Part shown: piece after piece, positions 1 to 8,370 of the stretch | How positions within the stretch are numbered: position 1 is the first letter of the stretch | Layout of the letters: the number at the start of each line of letters is the position of its first letter | Assembly (NCBI GenBank): GCA_008080745.1 | Contig: SHMX01000005.1 | Span: 180,001 to 212,000 of the forward strand | Length of the DNA stretch: 32,000 nucleotides | Direction: 5' to 3' | From: Candidatus Thorarchaeota archaeon | GTDB lineage: Archaea > Asgardarchaeota > Thorarchaeia > Thorarchaeales > Thorarchaeaceae | The notes under the pieces: model-generated | What the model was told of the DNA's origin: nothing | What the model saw: only the letters and a program-made list of their open reading frames with translations | Database searches by the model: none | Made by a program: the position numbers and the translations under genes

Positions 1-931
1 CAACTGCATTTTTTGTCAGTTCTAATCCTCTTTGGGCATGATAGAGGCTTAGGTCTTGTGGATATCCTCCCGGAGAAACTATAATTTTTGATGTGGGTTT
101 AACGGTGAAGCTTGTCATTTCGTCTAGAACCTCAATTCCTCTACTTATGACTGGTTCCAGCTCACCCGCATCAGCCCAGACAAGCTTTCCTTGATTTGTA
201 ATAACAGAGAGTGTGAAGGATTTTGCATCTTCTGTTATCATCTCCATAGCCTCACGCATATCATCCGCGAGTGGGTTGTTACGTCTTCCAGGAATGGGAT
301 GATATGGATGTTGACCGAACGTGGAGTTGGGGTCTAATGCCATCGAATGATTGGCCTCAATGGTTTCATAGGCACATATACCCGGAAGGAAGTCTTTCAA
401 TGCGTTAGAATATCCAGCAAAGTAGTGCGCCTTCATATCGGCAAGTGCAACATATACGTCGTGATTTGCAGCGTCTGCATCGATGATAACAGGAGTGCCT
501 CTGCTTGTTGTACCTAAATTGACAACATCTTCATTCTGGCAATCGTTTATTTTAATTCGATAATTCTTCAATCCGTTATCTTCAGCAGCTTGTTTAATCA
601 TTCCTACAATTACTTGATTCTCAGGATGGTCAACTACATGTGAGCCTGTAGTGATAATGAACTGCACAAAATTGGCATCGACAAGATAAGGCATAACTGC
701 ATGAATGAGCTCCCAATGGGGTTCATCACGGGTGTGATCCTCCACCATGACAAGAACACTCTTTGACTTGACCAGCTCATCAAGTGCAGGGCCCTGTGGA
801 TTTGTCATTACTCGTTGAAGCTCTTCAAGAGTGTCTGGTTTGGTCTTAACCTCCTTTGGCACAATAAGTCTAACAAAATTCTCAAGGGGGATTTCCAAAC
901 TGATAGCTTCAGACCCGTACTTAATTCTCAT
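1..931 (-). CDS. larA: Nickel-pincer-dependent lactate racemase family protein (LarA-like), runs off the window edge
   Basis: Manual translation from ATG at 931 (an in-frame TTG at 937 follows a GAGGT site): MRIKYGSEAISLEIP...EDHTRDEP...TTGSH...AHYFAGYSNALKDFLPG...IEANHSM...IIVSPGGYPQDLSLYHAQRGL. These match the LarA D-x-TR, GSH, H-x-FAG..K, NH and SPGGYP-x-D motifs. No stop codon before base 1, so it is absent from the ORF track. The substrate cannot be determined. Confidence 0.88.
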   Translation of the reverse strand, partial: MRIKYGSEAISLEIPLENFVRLIVPKEVKTKPDTLEELQRVMTNPQGPALDELVKSKSVLVMVEDHTRDEPHWELIHAVMPYLVDANFVQFIITTGSHVVDHPENQVIVGMIKQAAEDNGLKNYRIKINDCQNEDVVNLGTTSRGTPVIIDADAANHDVYVALADMKAHYFAGYSNALKDFLPGICAYETIEANHSMALDPNSTFGQHPYHPIPGRRNNPLADDMREAMEMITEDAKSFTLSVITNQGKLVWADAGELEPVISRGIEVLDEMTSFTVKPTSKIIVSPGGYPQDLSLYHAQRGLELTKNAV

Positions 932-1098
932 TTCCAAGGCTAGACCTCATAGAACTATTGTAACACCCGAAGAAAAAGATTCGCTATGAGGCGAAATAGA
1001 TGTCATCCTTTCTTGAAACACTTCAAATGAAACCTATGACCGTAATTGAATTCATATGTTCTTCAAAAGGTTCATATTATGCATAAGTTCGTGCATGC

Positions 1099-2715
1099 TT
1101 GGTGGCCATGCAAATCGACATCATTGAAACTGGTTTCGGACTGATTGGTGGACTCGCACTATTCATGTTTGGAATCACTATCTTACGTGAAACGTTGAGC
1201 AAATTGTCTGGTTCAACAGTTGCAAGGATACTCGAGAAAGTCAGCGATAATCCAATCAAGGGAATGGGTGCAGGCGCCGGAGCCACATTTATGACCCAGA
1301 GTTCAAGTATCACAGTCTTAACATTGATTGGATTCGTCAACGCTGGCATGATGACTTTCCGCCAGTCAGTCAATGTCATGCTGGGATCAGAGATTGGTAC
1401 CACCATCACTGCTCAGCTTGTTGCATTTGAGGTTGGCGCGATGTACTGGCCGCTTATTGCAATTGGTTTCATCGCATCGGTGAATCCAAAGAGCGAACGT
1501 CTTCGACATCTGGGTAAGACCATATTCAGTCTAGGTCTAATTTTTCTCGCGATGGAATTCATGAAAAATGCTGCACGTCCTCTAGCCAGTAGTCCATTAT
1601 TTGTTGATCTGATTAATGGCTATGGTCAGTTTCCTTTTACTGGTGTATTGATTGGAGCACTCATCGCCGCTGTCACATCTAGTAGTTCTGCGACCACAAG
1701 TTTAGTGATAGCTCTTGGTATGGGTGATGTAATTGGATTAGAGGCTGGAATAGCTCTTATTATGGGTGCAAATATTGGTACATGTGTTTTGGAGCTATTT
1801 GCCGGTGTGGGTGCGACTACTCCTGCCAAGCGGACTGCACTGGCTCAAACGATGATCAATTTGGTCGGAGTTGGTCTATTTCTTCCATTTCTATTTCCTT
1901 TTGCTAATATAGTTCGGAGTACTGCATTAGACTTGCCTCGTCAGATTGCAAACGCACATACCATATTCAATGTCCTTGTTAGTCTGATTTTCATTCCCCT
2001 TGTAGGGTTACTGGTCAGATTCTGTGAACGCGTTATTCCTGACAAGCCTGGTGAGATTATTGGCCGTCACTATTTTGACGAACAGATGTTGAACATGCCA
2101 CAGGTTGCATTACTTGAAGCTGAAAAGGAAATAATTCGTACAAGTGAAATGACATTAGAAATGTTGAAACTTAGCCATCAAGCTCTAATCGAGGGCGATA
2201 AGGAATTGGCTGAAAAAGTCATTGCTCTGGAAAACGATGTAGATGAGAGCTGCAGAGCAACTGAAGACTTCATCGACCAGATTAGAGAAGATGAACTAAA
2301 CGAACATAGCAAATTATGGAGGATGAAACTCCTTGCCATCATTACAGATGTGGAACGAGTAGGTGACCAGTCTCAAAACATTGCTGAATTTGCTTTGAAC
2401 CGGATGGTGAATGGAATCACGTTCTCTAACAGTGGTATTCGTGATATATCCAAGATGTTTGATCTTGTTGAAAAGACCTATGCGACTGCAATCAAAGCTC
2501 TCAAGACCAAAAACATTGAGATATCCAAGGAAGCCATAGATTTGGAGGACAAGGTGGACATCCTTGAAAGAAAAATTAAGGCTGCTCATCGAGAACGTAT
2601 GAGTGAAGGGATGTGTATGCCTCAGGCGGATACGGTTTTTGTTGAGACCGTACGAAATCTTGAACGAATCAGTGATCATGCTGACAACATTGCAGCTGAT
2701 GTTCAGTATTGGTGA
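1099..2715 (+). CDS. Na+/phosphate cotransporter (NptA/NaPi-II-like) with C-terminal tandem PhoU domains
   Basis: Hydrophobic N-terminal half with QSSS (TQSSSIT) and a second SSSSATT repeat and GANIGT. The C-terminal half has PhoU-type ENDVD...DVERVGD and LEDKVD...NLERISDHADNIA motifs. Confidence 0.92.
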   Translation: MVAMQIDIIETGFGLIGGLALFMFGITILRETLSKLSGSTVARILEKVSDNPIKGMGAGAGATFMTQSSSITVLTLIGFVNAGMMTFRQSVNVMLGSEIGTTITAQLVAFEVGAMYWPLIAIGFIASVNPKSERLRHLGKTIFSLGLIFLAMEFMKNAARPLASSPLFVDLINGYGQFPFTGVLIGALIAAVTSSSSATTSLVIALGMGDVIGLEAGIALIMGANIGTCVLELFAGVGATTPAKRTALAQTMINLVGVGLFLPFLFPFANIVRSTALDLPRQIANAHTIFNVLVSLIFIPLVGLLVRFCERVIPDKPGEIIGRHYFDEQMLNMPQVALLEAEKEIIRTSEMTLEMLKLSHQALIEGDKELAEKVIALENDVDESCRATEDFIDQIREDELNEHSKLWRMKLLAIITDVERVGDQSQNIAEFALNRMVNGITFSNSGIRDISKMFDLVEKTYATAIKALKTKNIEISKEAIDLEDKVDILERKIKAAHRERMSEGMCMPQADTVFVETVRNLERISDHADNIAADVQYW

Positions 2716-2734
2716 TTGGAAAAATAAAAGAAAA

Positions 2735-2752
2735 AGAGGGGAATTCCCCTCT
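2735..2752. terminator. Perfect 18-bp palindrome between convergent genes, followed by a T-rich tract on the minus strand
   Basis: agaggggaattcccctct is its own reverse complement. The flanking aaaaataaaagaaaaa reads as a U-rich tail for the minus-strand protease transcript. Confidence 0.6.
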
Positions 2753-2759
2753 CTCCTGA

Positions 2760-4598
2760 CTATAGTGTGAATATAGAACCAGTGTTACCATCAAACTCTT
2801 GTGGGGTGTCTCCGCCACTGTGTGGATATGCTGATAGAGCATAATCGAAGCACGCCTCAAGGGATGTGGTTGGGCTGCTACCATAATGGTTGATGAGACC
2901 GTACTCTAAGAAGTAATAGGTCCAAGCACCATTGTTGTGTGATGGATCATCATAGCCGTAGCCATCATCAGTACAGGTGGTTGCCATGTAGATGTTGGCA
3001 CTATTTGCAAGCGCTTGAATCTCAGGAATCAATCCACCACTGTAACAGTGATCCACGAAGATGAAGATATCTGCTGCTACTGCATCATCAAAGATGTTGG
3101 CTAACTCAGTGTCATACAGATTACCATCTTCTCCACTCTCTCCGCTGTTGCAGTCCCACATACAGAGGTATGAAGAACCGGAGCCATCACCACTTCCATG
3201 ACCCGAGGTTATGAAAGCAATCTGGTCATCAGCATCAGCACCGGATATCATCCAGTTAAGAGCGGATTTCACATTGTATTCAGTAGCCTTTGCGTAATAA
3301 GATGGATAGTTGGAGGTATGCCCGTCACCAAGAACTCTGATGTTGTCATAGTCCATCGTGTTGGTGAGGTAGTTGTACCAATCAGTTGCATCCTCATCAC
3401 AATAGGAAAGGTCACTGATGGCCTCATAATCGCTGATACCAACAAGCACTGCCCATTTGGTAATAATACCATCGCCGTCTCCACCACCGCCGCCACCGGA
3501 ATCATAGGTGAGGCTAACAGTCAGGTCATAAGAACCTGAACCGCTGTAGGAACGAACCATGATATACCATGTTCCAGCTCCAGGATTAGCAAAGTTGACT
3601 TCTTCGCCACCTGATGTGTAACCTCGCCAGTCATATGTGCTGGTCGTAGGTTCTGCACCAAGACGTCCATAGAGGTCAAAGTCTGCTGAACCGCAGGTGA
3701 TGACTGAATACATATTGGTTGCATCAGCTCCCACTTCAATGGTCCACATTTCTGTGTCGCCAGTAGCTGATAATGAACTGGTGGATGTTACACCATCTTC
3801 CAGAACATAGTCGCCACCACCGCCGCCACCAGAATCATAGGTCATAGTGACAGTAAGGTCGTAAGAGCTTGATCCACTGTAGGAACGTACCATAATGTAC
3901 CATGTTCCTGCACCAGGATTAGCGAAGTCTACATCCTCGCCGCCTGATGTGTACCCGCGAAAGTCGTAGGTACTGGTAGTTGGTTCTGCACCAAGACGTC
4001 CATAGACATCAAAGTCTGCAGATCCACATGTCAGGTAGGTGTTCATATTTGTTGCGTCTGAGCCGACCTCAATGGTCCACATCTCAGTATCGCCAGTTGC
4101 GGAGAGTGAACTTGTTGCAGTAACGCCGTCTTGTAAGACATTGTCGCCGCCTCCACCACCGCCGCCACCGCCTTCATATTCAATCTGGTCGATGGCAAAG
4201 CCCCACTTTGTTACGCTGTAATCAGTATCCAGACGAATCTGAATTGATTCGCCGTAACTCCAAGCTGACCAACCGCCTGATGAATAGCTGCCAGTAAGCT
4301 TGTGTAATTGGGCGCCCGAGTAGTCATAGACATACAAGTAATCGTAATTATTTTCCACTTCAATTTGGGTGAAGTGAACTCTGATCTGTGTCGCGCCAGA
4401 TTCAGTTATGGTCCAAGTATTGTCGTAGTTATTCGAGTATGGATGGCTCGACTCAAGGGAGTATGCCTCTACTGTTTTTGGCAGAGGAGTTGAATCCACA
4501 GGAGTTGCCGCTGCATGCGTCATCCCAAAATAGGGTAGAGCTGCCACTGCGAACATGACTACAAAGAGCAAAGAAGTAATCGCAGTTGTCCGATTCAT
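2760..4598 (-). CDS. Secreted caspase/metacaspase-fold (C14-like) cysteine protease with N-terminal CUB-like and two PPC-like domains
   Basis: Probable start MNRTTAITSLLFVVMFAVAALPYFGMTHA, a Sec-type signal peptide at ATG 4598. CUB-like ESSHPYSNNYDNTWTI...FTQIEVENNYDYLYVYD. Two 111-aa PPC-like repeats (DFDVYGRLGAEPT...GTWYIMVRSYSG). Catalytic domain KWAVLVGISDY...DLSYCDEDA...ITSGHG...VDHCYSGG with an intact His/Cys dyad. Confidence 0.85.
   Translation of the reverse strand: MNRTTAITSLLFVVMFAVAALPYFGMTHAAATPVDSTPLPKTVEAYSLESSHPYSNNYDNTWTITESGATQIRVHFTQIEVENNYDYLYVYDYSGAQLHKLTGSYSSGGWSAWSYGESIQIRLDTDYSVTKWGFAIDQIEYEGGGGGGGGGDNVLQDGVTATSSLSATGDTEMWTIEVGSDATNMNTYLTCGSADFDVYGRLGAEPTTSTYDFRGYTSGGEDVDFANPGAGTWYIMVRSYSGSSSYDLTVTMTYDSGGGGGGDYVLEDGVTSTSSLSATGDTEMWTIEVGADATNMYSVITCGSADFDLYGRLGAEPTTSTYDWRGYTSGGEEVNFANPGAGTWYIMVRSYSGSGSYDLTVSLTYDSGGGGGGDGDGIITKWAVLVGISDYEAISDLSYCDEDATDWYNYLTNTMDYDNIRVLGDGHTSNYPSYYAKATEYNVKSALNWMISGADADDQIAFITSGHGSGDGSGSSYLCMWDCNSGESGEDGNLYDTELANIFDDAVAADIFIFVDHCYSGGLIPEIQALANSANIYMATTCTDDGYGYDDPSHNNGAWTYYFLEYGLINHYGSSPTTSLEACFDYALSAYPHSGGDTPQEFDGNTGSIFTL
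3480..4145 (-). repeat. Intragenic tandem duplication, 2 x 333 bp (PPC-like domain plus Gly linker)
   Basis: Units 4145-3813 and 3812-3480. Shared words such as aagacgtccataga recur exactly 333 bp apart (3660 and 3993). The protein units are near-identical. Confidence 0.93.
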
Positions 4599-4663
4599 TG
4601 TTGCAAACACCTTTACGCATTCGCCGATTGGGTTAGCGTAATAACGTGCAGATAAATCAAGCT

Positions 4664-4676
4664 GATATATAAATAT
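4664..4676. promoter_or_regulatory. TATA-like box in the divergent protease/longin intergenic region
   Basis: gatatataaatat reads TTTATATA on the minus strand and TATATAAA on the plus strand, about 70 nt upstream of the protease ATG. Direction not resolved. Confidence 0.45.
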
Positions 4677-4849
4677 GGTGGAAAATATAGCATTAATGTC
4701 GTCAAATGTCGAGCTTGCGCCTACCTTGTACGACACTACTCACAATAGTACATCCGAGATCCCCGCGAAAATTCCAGAAGTTATTCATTTATTCACTAAT
4801 GCGAGAAAGGCTCATAATACCTGTACGATGGGTGGACATTGGGGTTACT

Positions 4850-6070
4850 GTGAGTACCGGAACATTATCGAAACTGGAACTTGAAAACGAGCAAGTTCTT
4901 TTCATATTCAACATGCATACAGGCTCTTCTCCGTATACTCACGAATTTGTAACAAATGTCCAAGATCCTCAATTATTATCCAGCTTCGTTTCTGCTATGT
5001 CTACGTTTATGGGTGAGGTGACTGGTGAGATACAGAAACAGTGGAAGACAGTGTACGGATCTGACACAACTTTGCTTGTTGAAACTGTGGAATGGTGTAT
5101 TGCTGTATTAGCAGTGAAACGAGAAACTGCAGAGGCTAGAAGTAAACTAAGACGAGTTGCTAGTGAGTTCGTGGATATCTTTGAGCCAATGAAGAATGCT
5201 CTCTACTTCGAGGGTGGTGTTTTCAATGAGTTTGACGATTTTGTTCGGGATGTTTTTCTAGGTAATCGAATCTCCGGAAGAACACTTCTCCTAACGGAAT
5301 CAAAAAACATTGATTCTAAACCTACTTTCTTATTACCAAGCATATCCTATAAAATTCAAAAAATTGCTGAACTGGCTAAAAAGAATCTATCTTTGGAAGA
5401 GATGGTATCCTATATCGACAGCACCAAAAAAGAACTGAAGGAATTGGTATCCCTTGCAGTTTGGAATAGAGCACTCTGTCCTATCTTCGTTCCTGAAGAT
5501 AGAGATATTCTCTCTTTATCATTAAACGCTGCTAGTGAGTTATTTGAACGTGGGAACCCCCTGAACCTATCTGTTACGACTATTCGTCTTCTTGCACTTC
5601 TAGATGGCAAAAAAACTCTCTCAGAATTGACCAAAAAGCTGGATATCCTTGAAAACTCAATTACATTTAAGGAACTGGGCCGCCTCATCAATCTTGGTTA
5701 TGTTGAGAAGATACCTCAAGAGCGACGCCTCCTTCTTGTTAATGAATGCATAATTTCACGATTGATTCGTTCATGTATTCGCAGCATTGGTGAGAAGAAG
5801 ACCTCTTCTCTTTTTGAGAGTGCTATCAGAGAAGGCATTCCAAATCATCCATGGACAAGTAGAATTCAGATGACTGCTGATGGTGCTGCAAAGGTGATTT
5901 TGGAAAAGGACATGACTCCTGTTGATTTGGATGAGATGTTTATAGCACTTGAATTTGCAATTGAAAGGATAATACAGGGACTATCTGATGAGATAGGCCA
6001 TATTTCTGCATCATTAGTTCTTCCCAGAATCAAAGAACGTTGTCAAAAGGAATGGAGTCGACGCTTGTAG
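4850..6070 (+). CDS. Longin-like N-terminal domain protein with winged-helix-like repeats (Asgard eukaryotic-signature type)
   Basis: The ORF track gives 4706. An in-frame GTG at 4850 after ggggt is a more plausible start. N-terminal VLFIFNMHTG..PYTHEF....DPQLLSSFVSAMSTFMGEVTG....TLLVE.....AVLAV....RSKLRRVASEFVDIF fits a longin beta-alpha-beta-alpha pattern. Later IRLLALLDGKKTLSELTKKL...ELGRLINLGYVEKI is wHTH-like. Confidence 0.65.
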   Translation: MSTGTLSKLELENEQVLFIFNMHTGSSPYTHEFVTNVQDPQLLSSFVSAMSTFMGEVTGEIQKQWKTVYGSDTTLLVETVEWCIAVLAVKRETAEARSKLRRVASEFVDIFEPMKNALYFEGGVFNEFDDFVRDVFLGNRISGRTLLLTESKNIDSKPTFLLPSISYKIQKIAELAKKNLSLEEMVSYIDSTKKELKELVSLAVWNRALCPIFVPEDRDILSLSLNAASELFERGNPLNLSVTTIRLLALLDGKKTLSELTKKLDILENSITFKELGRLINLGYVEKIPQERRLLLVNECIISRLIRSCIRSIGEKKTSSLFESAIREGIPNHPWTSRIQMTADGAAKVILEKDMTPVDLDEMFIALEFAIERIIQGLSDEIGHISASLVLPRIKERCQKEWSRRL

Positions 6071-6123
6071 ATTCTTACATGTCTAATCACAAACAATATT
6101 GCTATCATCATCAATGATTTGGT

Positions 6124-6447
6124 ATGTCAAAATCCCAAGAGCAATCTCAATCTGGAATCAGTGGGGCAGGTAGATGGCTTGCTGTAGCATCGGAATTACC
6201 ATGTTCTGTCATAATAATGGTAATTATAGGGCGCATTCTGGGTGAGAGTTGGTGGGGCTTGCAAGGTGCTACCTGGGGGGCTATTTTCGGTGCTATTTTT
6301 GGTTTCTTCTTTGGCGTCTATGGAGTCTATAAGACCATAAACTTTCTTGATGATATTGAGAAAAAGCAAAAAATAAGAACAACCTATATGCCAAGTGAGG
6401 AGGAGATCTTCGAGGACGTAAAGTTCGACCTCGAAGATGATGAATAG
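6124..6447 (+). CDS. Small 2-TM membrane protein, AtpZ/AtpI(UncI)/ATPase_gene1-like
   Basis: WLAVASELPCSVIIMVIIGRILGE..WG....GAIFGAIFGFFFGVYGVYK resembles the AtpZ/AtpQ pattern (EL....G..LD/G.....G...G...G.Y). Charged acidic C-terminal tail. Close to ATP synthase genes. Confidence 0.55.
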   Translation: MSKSQEQSQSGISGAGRWLAVASELPCSVIIMVIIGRILGESWWGLQGATWGAIFGAIFGFFFGVYGVYKTINFLDDIEKKQKIRTTYMPSEEEIFEDVKFDLEDDE

Positions 6448-6449
6448 TT

Positions 6450-7040
6450 CTACTCCTCCATGAAATCAGAGTCGTCCGCATCAAGTACTTCCAGTATGAC
6501 TTTGGTAGCTGTTCTTCCAACAAGTGCGACTATGAGCTGCATGAGAAATGCAATGAAGAACGCACCAAGGGCGAATCCGAAAACTCTCAGTGATAATGAT
6601 GCGCCTGCCCACGGTATTAAGGCATACTTGTCAACTAGGTACCATGTATAGATTCCAATAATCGCGACCACTGCAATGAGGAAACCATAGAGATATACCA
6701 CAAATTTAACTCTCGGTGTGTCCATTCGAACCTCTTGAATTCCTGGTCCAATGACAAAGTCACTAATACGTCTTGAGAACCGTACAAACACACTAAATGC
6801 CGCTAGAAATACTACAATCGTAACAACAATAAACACCAGTATTAGCAGAATCCGTAGATCTTCATTCAGACCTTCTAGTGCTGCTCCTGAAAAGTAAGCT
6901 GCGATTGCACCTAACATTACTATGACTGACACGATTTCAACAACGAAGGTGATTGTCCCGCTGTTACGAAATATGCTTCCAATATCAATCATGTCTGGTA
7001 AGTCAATTTCTCTTTTTTTCTTTGGTTTTTCTTCAGACAT
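6450..7040 (-). CDS. Uncharacterised 4-TM membrane protein, paralog of 7673-8233
   Basis: Four hydrophobic segments. Aligns by eye with 7673-8233 (IFRNS..FVVEIVSVIVMLGAI; YLYG; GIY.W.LV..Y..IPWA; SL...FG..LGA). Confidence 0.8.
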   Translation of the reverse strand: MSEEKPKKKREIDLPDMIDIGSIFRNSGTITFVVEIVSVIVMLGAIAAYFSGAALEGLNEDLRILLILVFIVVTIVVFLAAFSVFVRFSRRISDFVIGPGIQEVRMDTPRVKFVVYLYGFLIAVVAIIGIYTWYLVDKYALIPWAGASLSLRVFGFALGAFFIAFLMQLIVALVGRTATKVILEVLDADDSDFMEE

Positions 7041-7211
7041 CTCCTAACCTCTTTCATAATTATTAAGGTAGTATGATATTCCATTGTCATTCTACTTCTT
7101 AAACGCTTCACTTATGTTGATTTCCACAAAAGTGTTATCCGCTCCTCAACTCAATAAATACACTCAACTATTTTTAGTATATGCTTTTCAAATATTGAGT
7201 CGTGATTTCTA

Positions 7212-7598
7212 TTGACTCGTGTATGGATAGTTAAGGCACCTCATCTTTCCGATGAAGGTCCTTCAGCATTTCAGAAAATTATTGTCATCCTTCAAGTAAT
7301 ATCCTCTATATTACTGATTACTATTGGCACTCATTTATTTGTCCCAGAAGCTCTATTTGACACACAAACATTTCAATGGATTCTAGCAAGCTCTCCAGAT
7401 TTCAAATTATATTCTATAGGTCTTGGAGTTGCAGGTATCCCAGCTGCATATTTCTGGTTACGACGGATAAAATGGGGCTTCTTTCCTGCTCTCATAATTC
7501 ATTTTATTGGGATGCTACTGATAGCAGAGGTAGGAAGCTATGTCGGTGCGTTCCTTTGTTTATTGACTATGGTTATTATCTTGCTACATGGCAGATAG
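7212..7598 (+). CDS. Uncharacterised small multi-pass membrane protein
   Basis: 128-aa ORF with a TTG start and about 4 hydrophobic segments, filling the gap between the two paralogs. Confidence 0.65.
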   Translation: MTRVWIVKAPHLSDEGPSAFQKIIVILQVISSILLITIGTHLFVPEALFDTQTFQWILASSPDFKLYSIGLGVAGIPAAYFWLRRIKWGFFPALIIHFIGMLLIAEVGSYVGAFLCLLTMVIILLHGR

Positions 7599-7632
7599 AA
7601 AAATAGTTTCTTTCTATACCGATTGGAAATCC

Positions 7633-7658
7633 TGACCAGAAGATTCTCCTTCTGGTCA
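7633..7658. terminator. Perfect 10-bp stem, 6-nt loop between convergent genes
   Basis: tgaccagaag-attctc-cttctggtca. Confidence 0.6.
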
Positions 7659-7672
7659 TAAGAACTTAGTTA

Positions 7673-8233
7673 TTATCCAGTATCGACGAATACATTATCA
7701 GCGATTTTACCCTCTATGATAATTGCAAGAAGCAATATTGAGGAAATTATGAGCGCTCCAAGAGAGATTCCAAAGATCTGGAACGGAAGACTTGCGTATG
7801 GCGGCAGAGTTAGTGCCCAGGGAATGAAATAATACGTTTCTACTAGAAACCAACCATAGATGCCCGTTAAACCCAGGAATGCTGCCATGATTCCATAAAG
7901 ATACAAGAAGAGTTTTACTTTTCCAGATTCAATATCGAGATCATCTATCTGTTCTCTCACTATGTTTTTTGTTATCCGTCTGTTGATTCGGATAAAAACG
8001 CCAATTGCAAGTAAGAATCCCATAATTACAAGGGCTGTTAATAGAAGATACAATAAAATTTCAAACTCAAAAGTGAGTGTTGGTAAGAAACTACCTACCG
8101 CCACAGCTCCAATAGAGCCAATCATGAATATTACTGAAAGTATCTGAATCACAAAAAGTAGAATGGCTGAATTTCTGATTAGATCTCCAATATTCAGCTT
8201 GATGGAGATATCTACTTCAATATGCTCGTTCAT
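7673..8233 (-). CDS. Uncharacterised 4-TM membrane protein, paralog of 6450-7040
   Basis: Same topology and shared motifs as 6450-7040 (LIRNS..FVIQILSVIFMIGSI; YLYG; GIYGWFLVETYYFIPWA). Confidence 0.8.
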   Translation of the reverse strand: MNEHIEVDISIKLNIGDLIRNSAILLFVIQILSVIFMIGSIGAVAVGSFLPTLTFEFEILLYLLLTALVIMGFLLAIGVFIRINRRITKNIVREQIDDLDIESGKVKLFLYLYGIMAAFLGLTGIYGWFLVETYYFIPWALTLPPYASLPFQIFGISLGALIISSILLLAIIIEGKIADNVFVDTG

Positions 8234-8297
8234 ATTGTTTTATCTCATATTAACTATAGTTATAACAGTATAAGAATCTTGGGAACTGGAAGGTCTC

Positions 8298-8321
8298 ATG
8301 TCGTCAAGCTTATATCTTGAC
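8298..8321. promoter_or_regulatory. Inverted repeat GTCAAG-N7-CTTGAC straddling a TATA-like cttatat upstream of atpC
   Basis: atgtcgtcaagcttatatcttgac, about 50 nt before the atpC ATG in a divergent intergenic region. It contains the ATGTCGTCAA word also seen at 4696 and 16564. Confidence 0.4.
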
Positions 8322-8370
8322 CTCCAAGCCTTTTCTTTGTTCCATTAGGACCGAATAAGGCGGTAACGTC

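Noticed and set aside
4599-4849. Overlapping N-terminal extensions of the protease ORF (to 4736) and the longin ORF (from 4706)
   Set aside because: The extensions overlap head-to-head, cover a TATA-like box and repeats, and precede a clear signal peptide (4598) or a plausible GTG start (4850). Treated as intergenic.
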